A stretch of 63,764 nucleotides of DNA, filler included, from Octopus bimaculoides (GCF_001194135.2; 6 parts of 6 records of this genome joined end to end with filler, not necessarily neighbours in it); one strand, 5' to 3'; positions 37,935 to 52,911 are shown, counted from the whole stretch's first letter. The notes: generated by a model not told the origin, from the letters alone. Numbers and translations: made by a program.

Positions 37935-37988
<54 letters not shown>

Positions 37989-39197
37989 GAGAGACAGATA
38001 GACATACAGGCAGTGGGAGAGAGAGATAATGATGCAAATAAATAAATAAAAGTGCCTGGGCTACATATACAAAATGCACATACATATATGCATGTAAACA
38101 GTGAGAAAACAAGGATTGAAAATATTCAGACGATGAACATTCATGTATAAATAGATGTTTCAATATTATCAACGCAAACGTACAAAATGTATAAAGGCAC
38201 AAAGAATTGAGGCAGATTTCCATTACGGTTATTGTTCATAGATGCAGTGGCTACCTTCTTATATGTTGCATATGCAGATTCTTTACATCTATGCCTATGT
38301 GAAGGAGATGCATATATATTCCGCATAAGAGGACTTTATACGGATTTTCTTAGCATAGTCATAGACGTTGTGAGAAATGTCAGCAAATAGATCAGGAATG
38401 CTCGGGAATAGGAAGGCAGAAGATACATTGGTTCGTTGCTTTAAGGTAGAATTGATTGAATAGGAATTCGTTTTGGCATATGTTGCAAAGAATTGCCTAA
38501 CAAAATATATTTAACGCAAGGAATGGAAAGTGGTGGTCGTCGTAAGAGGCACCTTTACAAGTAAGTGCTTATACTGGATATATTAAAAATCTTTGTTTAT
38601 GTGTAGTGCAGCAACATTACTTTTTCCGATGTTCTGAAAGACAAATGACTCTGGTGTGTGATGTAGTGGAGCTTAGTTCAAATTTATGCAAATGCTAGTG
38701 GCAGTTATTGAAGAAAGAAGAGATTCAAAGTGATGCAAATTATTTGAAATCTAATGACTGTTTTCATCAATTTTTTGTTAAACGTGCCTTAATGCGACAA
38801 CACCTATCATTACAATATTACAGAATATTGCTATATTACGGAATATGTGTGAAACACTGTTTCAGCGTCAGGGAGGGCACAGCGATAAAGGTAACCCAAT
38901 GGGTTGCAGACATCAAGAAAGTTTAGTATTTAGTCGTTGAGTTTAATTATAATGCAACTTGTAATGAATAGAAGACAAAATACAATATTTATTGTTTAAT
39001 GGAGAGCGGAAATAGTGGTTTTATAATATTTTTCAGACCAATTACAGCTAGTAGAATCCATGTTTGATAGGTGATTTGTTAAAAACGGGCAAAGAATACA
39101 TTGATGGCTAGGGTTCTGAAGGAATATGTACGGTTGCGTAAATGCATTTATATAAGTGCATGTGCACCTTTGTATACATCTACTCACACATTCACAG

Positions 39198-39264
<67 letters not shown>

Positions 39265-39873
39265 TACGCATGTCGGTATGCATGTATATATGTATATAAA
39301 CGCGTGTACACACGTTTTTCACGTGTATAAAAGACATATACTTATTCAGAGATCTTTATTAATTCCTAGACTAATAGGAAATTTTCATTTCTGTTTCTCT
39401 AATTCAGAAGGTATTTGTGTGTACGTGCTTAATTTCGCATGCATGTGTATATGTATATGCAACAACATATCTGAATACACATGTTTGCTCCTCTATGCGT
39501 CGTTAATATATTCTGGTCTATTTGGAATGTTCTCTGGTATTAGTATTATACAGAAACTTTGTGTGCTTGTGTGTAAACATGTGTGGTGCTCTAGCATGAC
39601 CTTACTAATAGAGTCTGAAACTTAAGAATATATGACTTTATTAACGTGCATATCTTTGTGAGTAAACAGCACACTTATTTGTAAATGTGAGAAAACATAC
39701 AAATACATATATATACACACACATGCATATATGTATGAATATATATATGTGTGTATATGAATGCATGTATGTATGTATATATATATATATATATATATNN
39801 NNNNNNNNNNNNNNNNNNNNNNNNNNNNNNNNNNNNNNNNNNNNNNNNNNNNNNNNNNNNNNNNNNNNNNNNN

Positions 39874-39932
<59 letters not shown>

Positions 39933-40857
39933 CATCCAATCATATATGTGTGTCTATGTGTATGTATAGGAGCATCTATGTGCATCAATGTGTATGCCTG
40001 TATCTCTCTATACCATTGTGCAAGTAGGTCTTCACTTCTACGACTCGATGATTTTATAAAGTCTTATGGCTTATCTTCTGGACCTGTAAATTATTCAATG
40101 CATGAGTAGTTAAGCCGTGCCATTGTGCCATTTCTGCATCAGTTTGAACATCGTTCCTCCTGTGTCTTTGAGAAGTCAGCGAACTATTAAGTCGTTATTG
40201 ATCTTCGAGAACAATATTTATTTAACCAGTTTTGTTTTTTATGAAACAATAAATCAGCAAAAGTTTAAAGCAATTCCCCTTTCTTTTGTTTTCTTTTCAA
40301 AACTATAACACTAACTTTTCTCATTAACGAGGAAACTGAAGCCGTATGTCTGATAAAATCCCCAATTAAGCGACCACATGATGATGTCCTATGTAGATAT
40401 TAAGATCTGCAAATCTCGAGATGTGTACTTAAATGTATAGTTTGTGTGGTTTATTTATTTAGGAAAAGCTTATAGTCATTATGATAAATACTTAGGTAGC
40501 AAAATTATTCATTGCCCGGCATTAGCCGTATGAGACTTAAATGCTGAAGACAAACAATCCAAAGCATGTATACATCACTTGACAGGATCACCGCTTTCCT
40601 ATTTTCCCAGGTTGAACAGTTATCCCAATTTTTCTATGGATTTTTAAAGCTAATCTTCTCATGTTTATCCGATGCTTTAATGGAATAATAGGCTACATTT
40701 TTGAGGTCTATGAGCACATTAAAAATACATGGGACAGAAAAAGGAGCATCCCTAGACTTTTTATTAAAGAATCGTGTACAATCTGTAATTTTACAAAATA
40801 ATTCTGTGTGATATTTGATTAATATACTTCGTATTTTAAATTTTAAATTCATCTCGA

Positions 40858-40968
40858 CATCAGTCTCACTGTGTGGCACCTTGGGCAAGTGTCTTCTACT
40901 ATAGCCTCTGGCCGACCAAAGACTTGTGAGTGGATTTGGTAGATGGAAACTGAAAGAAGCCCGTCGTA
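40858..40968 (+). mobile_element. SINE family A fragment
   Basis: cactgtgtggcaccttgggcaagtgtcttctactatagcc...ggaaactgaaagaagcccgtcg. Confidence 0.85.
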
Positions 40969-41009
<41 letters not shown>

Positions 41010-42499
41010 NNNNNNNNNNNNNNNNNNNNNNNNNNNNNNNNNNNNNNNNNNNNNNNNNNNNNNNNNNNNNNNNNNNNNNNNNNNNNNNNNNNNNNNNNNN
41101 NNNNNNNNNNNNNNNNNNNNNNNNNNNNNNNNNNNNNNNNNNNNNNNNNNNNNNNNNNNNNNNNNNNNNNNNNNNNNNNNNNNNNNNNNNNNNNNNNNNN
41201 NNNNNNNNNNNNNNNNNNNNNNNNNNNNNNNNNNNNNNNNNNNNNNNNNNNNNNNNNNNNNNNNNNNNNNNNNNNNNNNNNNNNNNNNNNNNNNNNNNNN
41301 NNNNNNNNNNNNNNNNNNNNNNNNNNNNNNNNNNNNNNNNNNNNNNNNNNNNNNNNNNNNNNNNNNNNNNNNNNNNNNNNNNNNNNNNNNNNNNNNNNNN
41401 NNNNNNNNNNNNNNNNNNNNNNNNNNNNNNNNNNNNNNNNNNNNNNNNNNNNNNNNNNNNNNNNNNNNNNNNNNNNNNNNNNNNNNNNNNNNNNNNNNNN
41501 NNNNNNNNNNNNNNNNNNNNNNNNNNNNNNNNNNNNNNNNNNNNNNNNNNNNNNNNNNNNNNNNNNNNNNNNNNNNNNNNNNNNNNNNNNNNNNNNNNNN
41601 NNNNNNNNNNNNNNNNNNNNNNNNNNNNNNNNNNNNNNNNNNNNNNNNNNNNNNNNNNNNNNNNNNNATAACAAATAAAATACATAGCTACTATACAATT
41701 ATGCTTTTAAGCAAACCATGTTCGCGTGACATTTGGTAGGGGTAGATGACATATATTCTCAGTAGAAATTCTTTCTTAATAATGTATTGCAAAAAGACGC
41801 CTGTGACTTGAACATCTTTCGAAAATATACAAACCTTTGTATGTAACAAAAACATGAATGTCTGAACAAGAAGGAAATATTAGTGTGAAATCGCCAGTAG
41901 TACAATGATAAGTATATAGCATATAAGGTGAATTCAGAAATAGGTTATGTGGGATAAATATATTCTTATAGTAGATATCTATGATCAGTGTTTCATCTTA
42001 TCTACAGGAGGAGAAATAATTTAATTTATGTTACACTTAGAGAGAAAAAAGTTTGAAAATATATCAGAAGCTGAAATAACAAATTAAAATCCTCTGCGTA
42101 ATACAAGAGAGAATGGTGAAGATTTGTCTTAGTGATCTACTTTACAGGCAATAATTTACATACCTACTGCGGGATTATGACATAAAACATCTAGATATAT
42201 TTCCTATTAAATAAGAATGTCGACACAAAGATATTTTCGCTGTGGGAAGTCTTATTCATATTACACGAAAGAAAATATTCATTTATATGCACACAACTAT
42301 ATCGAATAGGATAGGGATAGATATGTATATATACACAGGTACATTTTTACAAATATATTTATATATTTATCTATCTCCCTATCTATCTGTTTGGTTGTCT
42401 GTCTGTCTGTCTATCTATCTATCTACACTCTTAGCTGATCGAGTGATATTCTACTACTTGAAACCTTACCACATAATGTGTAATGCACACACACACACA

Positions 42500-42543
<44 letters not shown>

Positions 42544-42582
42544 CATATATATATATGAATATACATGATACATATATATATA

Positions 42583-42681
<99 letters not shown>

Positions 42682-43532
42682 TTGCACAGCGAGAGAGAGA
42701 GAGAGAGAGAGTGAGAGATGAATCTGTATACGTGTGTGCGTTTGTGTATGTGGTGTGTGTGTATAGTATTTTTGTATGATTTACCTATGTATACATGTTT
42801 CTTTGTGCTAGGTTTTATACTTTCCATTATCTATTCCTCACAATATGCACGCTTGTGCCTATCATGATGTTTTACTCATTTTATATTCTAATGTATTTCT
42901 CTTTATTCTAGGTCGTGTGTATATTGGGATCAAACATGACGTATGGAAGCTAATGAATACAGTTAGAAGAATATGGAATAACAACGAGAGAATTAGTGAA
43001 TGTGAATTATGCTTGTTTCTCGAAAACACCCTTTTATACTTAATCGCTAAAACCTTGAACAATTTGTTGCAGATAGGTTTATTAACGTTCAGTTTCTACA
43101 ACAACCAACATTTCTTGTCTGAAAACAGCGTGGCCTCACATATTCCACATTCGGAATCGATTATAACAGTTTTAACAATTATCAGTATATGAATCACAGC
43201 TCAGAAAACTTTGCAAGACAACATAATCGTTGACAATGTAGATTTCATCATAAAATATTCATATCGGTTTTCTGTAGATGTACACCAAAGTGAATTTCTT
43301 AATTGTAAAGTTACTATATAAATGCAATACATACACATGCGCAGACATATACACACATTACACCATCACACGAACCGACACTAATTCTCACCAATATATA
43401 CACATCCACACTAACACACACTTAAACAAACACCCTCGTACTATTATATACTTGTGCATAGATAAAAGCATTCATCATACATACCTATAGACGTATATGT
43501 GTCTGAGTATCTGTTAGCATGTACACACACAG

Positions 43533-43625
<93 letters not shown>

Positions 43626-43744
43626 TAAATATATATATATATGTATGTATATATACGTATACATATGCAGCTGTCTATATATAATGCAAATATGAATATG
43701 CATATGTGTGTGTATATGTGCCTGTATGTATATATATATATATG

Positions 43745-43810
<66 letters not shown>

Positions 43811-43845
43811 GGGTGTGGTATGCAAGAAACAACCAATTTGCTTAC

Positions 43846-43986
43846 CAGAACACTTTAAATTTATGAATATTGCTTTGCGTTGCCAGCAAGTTCCAAAGTA
43901 GCGCGGGTTCAGATTCCAGAAATAATGACAATAATATAACCATATTGACCTTCTTAAGTCGATTGCTGTATTTCAGAAAACATTTA
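43846..43986 (-). CDS. candidate internal coding exon, 141 nt, phase 2-2 (xKCFLKYSNRLKKVNMVILLSLFLESEPALLWNLLATQSNIHKFKVFx)
   Basis: Minus-strand acceptor tttttctcattttcag| and donor TG|GTAAGC; exactly one open frame; phase compatible with the exon at 53444-53511. Confidence 0.45.
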
Positions 43987-44729
43987 CTGAAAATGAGAAA
44001 AACATTTTTTCTACAGAACAGAAGATTTTTTCTGATAATTTTCTTTCTTTTATCTTTCCGAGAATGCCTCAGATTATAAAAAGAACGTTGAAAAGACACA
44101 GAACATAATTAAATATACAACAGACATTTTTATTTTGAAATAACTAAAAAATATTTCCTCAACACCTGAATGCCTGTCTATTTAATAAACCAGGGAGGGA
44201 GCCGCTACTTAATTATTCGACCTACCAGGAACAGTAAGCGAATCTCCCTCAAATTACACACAACTGTCTTAAATAATGATTATACAAAAAAAAAAAAGGG
44301 TTTGAATTTATTTATCGGCCTGCTCCGTGACGGATAACCTGGAATTAAAAGAAACCAGAAGAACAATATAACATTGTAAGGAGTGGCAGGGGTGGGCTGA
44401 GCAATGTGTATGTTTTTCAGAAAAAAATGAGCGATTGGCTTTATTTTTGTTTCATTTGTGACATGCTTATTCTTGTTGTTGAAAATTTATGACATATTAA
44501 TTCAGCATCGCTACCAGGAAGTGTAGGACCTTGTACAGAAGTTATTAGTGTATTGTCACATATGACTATATTTCTTTCAATATTTTCTACTACTAATTAA
44601 AGACATTGATCATTGGTTTGATTTAAATACAGAGGTAAATTAATTTCAATTATTTCAATTATTATTAACATTATTGTTTATTACATTTATATTAATTCGT
44701 TATAATTCGTTATAATATTTTTATTACTG

Positions 44730-45471
44730 TGGTATGTGGCAGAATCGATAGAGTGTTAGACAGACTTCCTTGTGCTGTTTATTTACACCATTTTATATCC
44801 CGCTGAAACTGAATTTCCCATCATCCTTCCGGTTCAGTATATCAATCAATGGAATCATCTGCGTACTTCTCTTGAGTGTATTGTCATGTGCTTAGAATAT
44901 ATTATTGCTATTATTAGCATCACTCTCATCATTATCGTCATGGTGGTGAAGTGGCAGAATTATTTGTTAGGGCGTTGGACAAAATGCTCAATGGTATACC
45001 TGTCTTCTGATTCTTTACGTTGAGAGTTCAAATCCCTCCGAGATAAACTTTACTTTTTATCATTCCATGTTCGATATAATAAAATGCCGATGGTATCGGT
45101 TAACAGCCTTGCCTTATAAATTGCTGGCCTACTGCCTGAATTAGAAATTATTATTATTGATGTTGTTGCTGCCGCCGGTGTTGCTGCTGCTGCTGCTGCT
45201 GCTGTTGTTGTTGTTCTTCTTGTTGTTGTTGTTTTTGTTGTTGTTGTTGGCAGATTTGTTCACCCGTCTGAAGAAAATGCTTAGCGTAATCTCAGCCGTC
45301 GATACGTTGTGATTTCAAATTTCGCGGCAATCGACCTTCACTCTCATCCGTTCATTGGTGGATGAAATAAAGTACCAATCGAGTACTAGAGTTGATGTGA
45401 CTAACTATCGCCTTCCCCGAAATTTCAGGCCTTGTGCATATAGAAGAAAAGATTATTATTATTATTATTAT

Positions 45472-45531
<60 letters not shown>

Positions 45532-45630
45532 AAAATGAAGCAAATTGGCAGAATCGTTAGCGCGTTGGACAAAATGTTTGACAAGCATTGCTTCCTACTT
45601 TTTACCTTCCTACTTTTTACCTTGAGTTCA
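44730..45630 (+). mobile_element. train of four head-to-tail SINE family B copies separated by triplet microsatellites
   Basis: tggcagaat-type heads at about 44737, 44951, 45248 and 45546. Confidence 0.75.
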
Positions 45631-45639
45631 AATACCAAC

Positions 45640-46400
45640 TAACATACATTGATTCCCTAGACAAAATCTTCAAAACATCGATGAATAGCGATTTTCCTCA
45701 TTGAACTGCAACAAAACTCATATCAAGGAACCATTATTGTCACACAGTTCCTTAATCTTAAGCAGCACTCAGCTAGAGAACACAAGCGCACTCTTAGCTC
45801 ACACTGTCATCTAGGACCAAGCCAAACGAAACATAGCTAGGATGCATCTCAACAAATGGTTATTCTCTTCGACCCCGGAAGATACTTCAGCTCCCAACAA
45901 TTATTGATTCTCTACGAAGGTCGGATGAAACCTACATTCGAATTTTACTCTCACATCTGAGATTATGCTTCTGCTAGATATCCTAGGCCGTATCAAGGAT
46001 ACATAGATATCCTAGGCCGTATCCTGGAAAGAGTTATTCTACTGATTGGCAGTCACAGAGATGCTCCACTTTCAAGTTCACATTCAGGCTGTTTCCTTAC
46101 TTTGACTGTTCAGTCTGTACACTAGTGGGCTTTACTGCTCAGTATTGCTGGGTTCATCACACCTATACTCAGGCACATTTTTCACACTTATCTCTATCAT
46201 CCTGATTGTGTTCAAACCCTCAGGATTATACACACATTATTACATCCAGTCTTTCCTTCCTAACATTTCGGCCCTCTGGAATTCGATCTCTGTTTGTGTG
46301 CTCACTTCTCTTGTCTTACAATGTTGGAAGAGGAACATCAATGACATAAATCTCATTGATGTAGAAGACCTATAAAGGCCGTGATTACACCACTTATTCG
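45640..46400 (+). mobile_element. old CR1/L2-type LINE 3' fragment
   Basis: QQLLILYEGRMKPTFEFYSHI* and SFLPNISALWNSI...WKRNIN resemble the LLYK...RP.LEY..IW and SF.P....WN.L C-terminal motifs. A 20-bp direct duplication tagatatcctaggccgtatc lies at about 45976 and 46005. Confidence 0.6.
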
Positions 46401-46816
46401 AAATTCAATCAAAAACAGGATTGATCTCTTGTAACAGCAATAATTTCTATATTAGTAATTTTAGATTTAAACCTACAAAGCTAGACGAGCAGCACAAAAC
46501 CACTAGATGAAGTCCAATATTTCTAAATAAACCATTTTTGATACCAGAATATTTTCATGAGTATACATAAATATATACCATTGATTTTTAAAGATTGTAA
46601 TATTGCTTCGCTTTTTTTCTCTCTATTTATTCATTTATTTCTTTTTTACTTTCCTTCTAATGATTACTTATAAATTGCACCGGCATGGTTACTGGAAGCC
46701 GGCTATATTATGATACACGGAATTAGTCAAGGAAATCACAGGAAATACATTTTTTTATTGGATAATAAGAGTATTATCCAACTATGATATTATATAATGA
46801 TGATGATAATAATATT

Positions 46817-46881
<65 letters not shown>

Positions 46882-47099
46882 TAATAATAATTTCATTATT
46901 GAACACAAACGGTTTACATCAAGAAAACCTTTATGGATGGAACAGGAAAAAGAACACTGAATGCGTGTTTGTGTATATGTGTGCGAGTGTGTTGTGAGAC
47001 TCTCGCGTGTAAATAGGTTTAACGTAAAAGAAAATAGAATAATAAGTAAGTGTAATCCACAGCAGAGAGACATTCGAGAGCTGCTCATAGAAAAAAAAA

Positions 47100-47370
47100 A
47101 TTAAATCACGGGTGCCCTGCCGTCTGGGTCAGGTGCTTTTACTCACATATCTCTGACTTACAGGCGTATGCTCAGGACAGGACCGTTCCCTCGTTCCATG
47201 CTAGCCACTCTTAATGGCTTTGCCAATAGAATGGCAAGAAGACAACTCTTCCCTCTCTAATCTTATTTTCCTCTTTAAGTAAAACTTCAAGAAATTAATG
47301 TGGGATTGGGCGAAAAAGAAAAGGTTTGCATCTAGCCCCTTCAAGCTCGTCCACCATACAATCTTTCTAT
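47100..47370 (-). mobile_element. possible Tx1-like LINE 3' end
   Basis: Minus-strand FLKFYLKRKIRLERE resembles, from memory, the L1/Tx1 C-terminal K..R.ER motif. Confidence 0.4.
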
Positions 47371-47371
47371 T

Positions 47372-47578
47372 ATAGGCAGCACAAGGCATAACATTTTAAA
47401 GTAACGATAGAGTCAATTACACCAATCCAAGTGCTCAACCAGTACTTATTTTATCTAACCCGAAAGGGTGTAAGGTATAGTTGACATCGACGGAAATTGA
47501 ACTCAGAACGTAAAGCAGACGAAATCCCGCTAAGTATTTTTCCCGGCGTGCTAACGATTCGGCCAGCTCATCGCCTCA
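47372..47578 (-). mobile_element. SINE family B
   Basis: ggaaattgaactcagaacg...cggcgtgctaacgattcggccagctc. Confidence 0.82.
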
Positions 47579-47646
47579 AATAATAATAATAATAATAATA
47601 ATAANNNNNNNNNNTTGTACAAATGCAAAACAAAAGTCAAACATAA

Positions 47647-47679
<33 letters not shown>

Positions 47680-47680
<1 letters not shown>

Positions 47681-48790
47681 TGGACTTAAGCAGAAATATC
47701 AACGCCGCATAGAAGGACGAGAAAGCGGATGACGCTGCACGAGGCGCTACACCCTAAAGCAAACGTAAACAGACTGAAAACATAGAATCGTGGCAGAGGA
47801 CGAATTAGTATAGACCATTCTATAAGGAGTGAAAGGAGAACGCTTGCCGAGTATTTGATGAATACTGATGAAGACCTAATGCAATATGCCGCGAAAGATG
47901 TGGGTGAAAATGTAGATGAAATAACTGGTAAGGAAGTGTTTAACCAAAGTGCTGAGGACAAGAGAAAAGAAGACCTTCTTGAAATGAGAGCGCATGGATA
48001 GTTTGAAAGGGATACACAGGACGTTAAGTGTAATACAGTATCGTGGGCATGGCTTGAGCGAAGTGATTTGAAGCGTACCATCGAAAGCCAGATCATTGCT
48101 TCACAAGACCAGGCTCTCGCTACCAATTCAGTGAAGTATAACATCTATAAAACTTTTGACACCCAGAAATATAGACTCTGTGGGAAAAGTGTGGAAAATG
48201 TGACCCACTTGGTTACTGAATGTGAGAGCCTTGCGCAAAAAGAATACAAGCGTTGCCACGATAAAATGTGTGTATCTTCATTAGCTCTTATGTCGTAAAA
48301 CCACTATAAAGTAACAGAGACCTGGTATGAGCATGTACCAAGTATATTTATGCAGGTGGATGGAAAAGTAACGATACTCTGGGACTATGATTTTCAGACG
48401 GCTGGATATTATAATATTGAATAAGAGAAAGAAATACTATCAAATCATTGATATAGCCATATCAAATGATATGAATACTGTGAGTAAAAAGGTTGAAAAA
48501 ATCACCAAGTACTCCGAATTGAAAGTGGAAATGGCAAGACTGTACAGAATGCGAGAGGGTAATGTGAAAGTGATTCCAGTGGCGATCGAAGCGTTGGGCT
48601 CATTCCCATGGAAACTTCAAGATTTCTTAAGGCAAGTGAAAATCTCATGCATGATTGATGTCTGGCAAAAAGCAGCCTTACTGAGCACAACGCACATCTT
48701 AAAGAAAGTATTATATGTTTGAGGGCCTTGTTGTGACTTGACAGATGACTAAAGACTCCGGTGCATTTTTACCTACACTGTGTTACTAAG
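47680..48790 (+). mobile_element. R4/Dong LINE copy E, 5'-truncated, flanked by (AAT)n on both sides
   Basis: LHPKANVNRL, IESQIIASQDQAL, YRLCGKSVENVTHLVTEC...RCHDK, IIDIAISND and QKAALLSTTHILKKV; same subfamily as copy B with a matching 3' UTR. Confidence 0.9.
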
Positions 48791-48791
48791 A

Positions 48792-48871
<80 letters not shown>

Positions 48872-48974
48872 NNNNNNNNNNNNNNNNNNNNNNNNNNNNN
48901 NNNNNNNNNNNNNNNTTAATTAATTAANNNNNNNNNNNNNNNNNNNNNNNNNNNNNNNNNNNNNNNNNNNNCCC

Positions 48975-49272
48975 TCCCTCTCATCGACCCCAGTATTTTT
49001 TTTTTCTTTATAAGAAAATCTGGTACTTATTCCACTGGTCTCTTTAAGCCGAACGGCTAGATTACGGGGACGTAAGCAAACCAACACCAGCTGTCACTAG
49101 GGAAAACAGAGACACGCACACACACGCGCGAAGGGCCTATTTCAGTTTCCATCTACCAAATCCACTCACGGGGCTTTTGGTCAGCCTCGGACTATAGTGG
49201 CAAAAGGCCAAAATGTCACGCAGCGAGGCTGAAGCCGGAACCATGTGGTCGGGTAACAAACCTCACAGCACC
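48975..49272 (-). mobile_element. SINE family A
   Basis: ttcagtttccatctaccaaatccactcac and ggggacgtaagcaaaccaacaccag are reverse complements of family A. Confidence 0.75.
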
Positions 49273-50009
49273 TAAATAGGGATTTTCTATTTAGGCGCAG
49301 AAATCGACGGAATGGTCACGGCTGGAATTAATTTAATTAGAGATAGATTCGCCAAATCCAGACCGACGTGGGGCTAAGCGACCCCGCCAAAGCGAGAGAC
49401 CGTTGGTAGCCAAATACACCCATCAACGTCTTAAAGGTAAATTACTTAACGCAGTCTTGAGTTTGTTTCTTTTGCACAAAGAACAGACGGGATGGTCACC
49501 GATGGAACATCTTTAGTAATAAATGTACATTCGCTTAAGCATGGCCTGGTTTCAAACACCAATAACGCCTCACAGGACTATGTGATCAATGGACATGATC
49601 GATAAACACAGACCAATTTACCGAAAATTCGAAGTCATACTGTCTTTGCATCTTCGATCAGTCTGCTGGGTAAGGACTGACACATTAGATAGTGTAGTCC
49701 TAGATACACTAAGTTTAAATGAGACAGAACGTTCACACACCTGGAACGTCTTTGATCACAGGCCTCCTGGATTCGAACCGACCTTGGGCTAAACAATAAC
49801 AAGCAAACTGTACATATTTTCTTTGTATTCTGATCAAAAACACGGAACGGTCACAACTGGATTCCCCCTGCCAATCCATCCGTAATGCGAGACTACACGC
49901 ATCTATCTCTAACTAGACAAAAGTATATACGTGCGTATATAACCACAGGTGTGTATGTATATATATACATACATATGGGTGTATGAACGAATATGTGTGT
50001 GTATATATG

Positions 50010-50051
<42 letters not shown>

Positions 50052-50637
50052 GTACACATAAAGGCAGCAAGCTGAAGTCTTTGAAGAGAGCAGGAGGAGG
50101 AGGTAGAAAAACGGTCGCGTTTCTTCGACTTTAAAACGAGGAAATAGATCGGAAAGGCCGCCCCCTACACGTGGGCGTGTGAGATTACCCTGCANNNNNN
50201 NNNNNNNNNNNNNNNNNNNNNNNNNNNNNNNNNNNNNNNNNNNNNNNNNNNNNNNNNNNNNNNNNNNNNNNNNNNNNNNNNNNNNNNNNNNNNNNNNNNN
50301 NNNNNNNNNNNNNNNNNNNNNNNNNNNNNNNNNNNNNNNNNNNNNNNNNNNNNNNNNNNNNNNNNNNNNNNNNNNNNNNNNNNNNNNNNNNNNNNNNNNN
50401 NNNNNNNNNNNNNNNNNNNNNNNNNNNNNNNNNNNNNNNNNNNNNNNNNNNNNNNNNNNNNNNNNNNNNNNNNNNNNNNNNNNNNNNNNNNNNNNNNNNN
50501 NNNNNNNNNNNNNNNNNNNNNNNNNNNNNNNNNNTTTTCAGTGTTTGTTCACCAAATCCACTTTCAAGAGATTGATTGGCCAGGGGCTACAGTTAAAGAC
50601 GTCACGCAGTGGGATCGAACACAAAGCTACTTTCCGA

Positions 50638-50997
50638 GCGGCTGTGTGGTAAGAAGTTTCCCGACGACCAAATGGTTCCAGGTTCAGTCCCACTGCGCGG
50701 CACTTGGGCAAGTGTCTTCTATAATAGTCTTGGGCTGACCGAAGCTTTGTGAGTGGATTTGGTAGACGGAAACTGAAAGAAGCCCGTCATATATGTATAC
50801 ATTTTTGTGCTTGTGTCTGTCTCCCCCACCGTCGCTTGGCAACCGATGTTGGTGTGATCACGTCCCCGTAACTTAGCGGTTTAGCAAGAGACCGATAGAA
50901 TAAGTACCAGACTTACAAAAAATAACTCCTGGGGTCGATTTTTTCGACTAAAAGGCGGTGCTCCAGTATGGTCGCAGTCAAATGAGTGAAACGTAAG
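50638..50997 (+). mobile_element. SINE family A, full length (adjacent degenerate minus copy at 50535-50637)
   Basis: Head ggctgtgtggtaag...ggttcagtccca, CORE-like block, and tail cgactaaaaggcggtgctccagtatggtcgcagtcaaatgagtgaaac. Confidence 0.9.
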
Positions 50998-51427
50998 ATA
51001 TATATATACACACACACGTATATACATACAGTATGGATGTATATGGGTGATCACACCAATGTATAAGGTATTTAGATTCGAGTGAGAGAGCAGACGGAGC
51101 TATGATCACAGGCGTTCCAGTTACGACCACCCCGTCTACATTTAGACAATGTATTCATGACTATCAAATGCTCACCCACCTCTATTCCCCCCCCCCCAAA
51201 GGGACTTCGTTTTAAAGGATTTGGTTGTTGTTACTAGCTTTCTCAGATCGACCTACAACGCAGAGGCGCCAAACATATACACACACGTGCTTGAATATGC
51301 ACATACCTAAGATGTATATGTGTACGCGCACGCGTGTATATATATATATATACAAAATTAAATAAAACGTACTTCTTACGAGACATTTTATACACATTCA
51401 ACATCAACAGTATACATTATGCATGCG

Positions 51428-51467
<40 letters not shown>

Positions 51468-51705
51468 NNNNNNNNNNNNNNNNNNNNNNNNNNNNNNNNN
51501 NNNNNNNNNNNNNNNNNNNNNNNNNNNNNNNNNNNNNNNNNNNNNNNNNNNNNNNNNNNNNNNNNNNNNNNNNNNNNNNNNNNNNNNNNNNNNNNNNNNN
51601 NNNNNNNNNNNNNNNNNNNNNNNNNNNNNNNNNNNNNNNNNNNNNNNNNNNNNNNNNNNNNNNNNNNNNNNNNNNNNNNNNNNNNNNNNNNNNNNNNNNN
51701 NNNNN

Positions 51706-51746
<41 letters not shown>

Positions 51747-51817
51747 AGAACGGATCGTCAAATGCCAAGACTTTCACCTGTAAAACAAAGAAGTTCGACA
51801 GAATTCTCTGGAAATTA

Positions 51818-51875
<58 letters not shown>

Positions 51876-52874
51876 CGCATATTCAGAGCTGGGTGTTGAC
51901 ACCAAAACAGGTAAATTTCTAATATCACTAATTAAAAAGTGATAAGCTTTTCTCCCACCCCACCTGTTCAAATCATTTACTAATATCTAAAGATACACAC
52001 ACATATACACGATTTTTTCTAATCAAAAGGGCTTTTCAATAGAATATTTACATGCTATTATTTATAGCGTTATGCGAGTCGAGATCCACTATTTCTATAC
52101 AACCGTAATACAGTTTAGCACTGGGTTAACAGATAAGATATGTTCGTCCTGTCTTTATTTATTCAGATATACATGTGTGTCTATGTGTTGGGCCTGACTG
52201 GAGGGTCATTTTGTAGCTACAGTTTCCAGCATGTTGTGGTTCGGTTTACAGATCGAAATTCCTGCAGGCTAAAATACAATAAATAAAGCAATATATTGTC
52301 CCTCCCCACTACTTTTAGCATGTGTATAAATATACACCCGCAAAGATATATGTATGTATATGTCTCTGAGTATGTTTGATTCTCTATACCTGCCCAAATA
52401 TGTTCTGAAAATTACAAGAGAAAAAGAACAATGGAAATCTTAAGCAAGGTTTTTTTTTTTTTACACACAATCGGCTGTGTGTGTGTATATATTATACATA
52501 TACACACACACACAGATCAACACATATATATGAATATACACAATGGGAGCTATAGGACGTGCGTCTATAAATCGTGTGAATGTTTTTCAACATGCGTAGA
52601 AAGCGTGTATATAAGGAAGTCTATGTAATGTGTATGTGCGTATGTACATGTATGTATAGATGCGAGTGTGTATATGCTTCCTGCAACTACTGACTGAAAT
52701 TCGATATAGGGGAGAGAGAAGAGAGAGATAGAGCAAGGAAAGATATATAAAGAGAGTGAGTGAGAGGAATGCGTGTACGTATGTGTATATACGTATACAT
52801 CGATGGATATATATACATATATATATATATATAGAGGGTGAGCGAAATGGAGAAGCATAGACAGAAAGGAATAT

Positions 52875-52911
<37 letters not shown>

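Noticed and set aside
38100-38950. Complex AT-rich sequence suggestive of a decayed transposase
   Set aside because: Only vague peptide resemblance; no TIRs or catalytic motif found.
40634-40790. Possible minus-strand terminal exon (DCTRFFNKK...FKNP*)
   Set aside because: Mediocre acceptor, phase not compatible with the 43846 exon, and no homology recognised.
42845-43192. 115-aa plus-strand ORF with a pyrimidine-rich acceptor at about 42909
   Set aside because: No convincing donor, no recognisable motif, AT-rich composition; chance ORF length is plausible.
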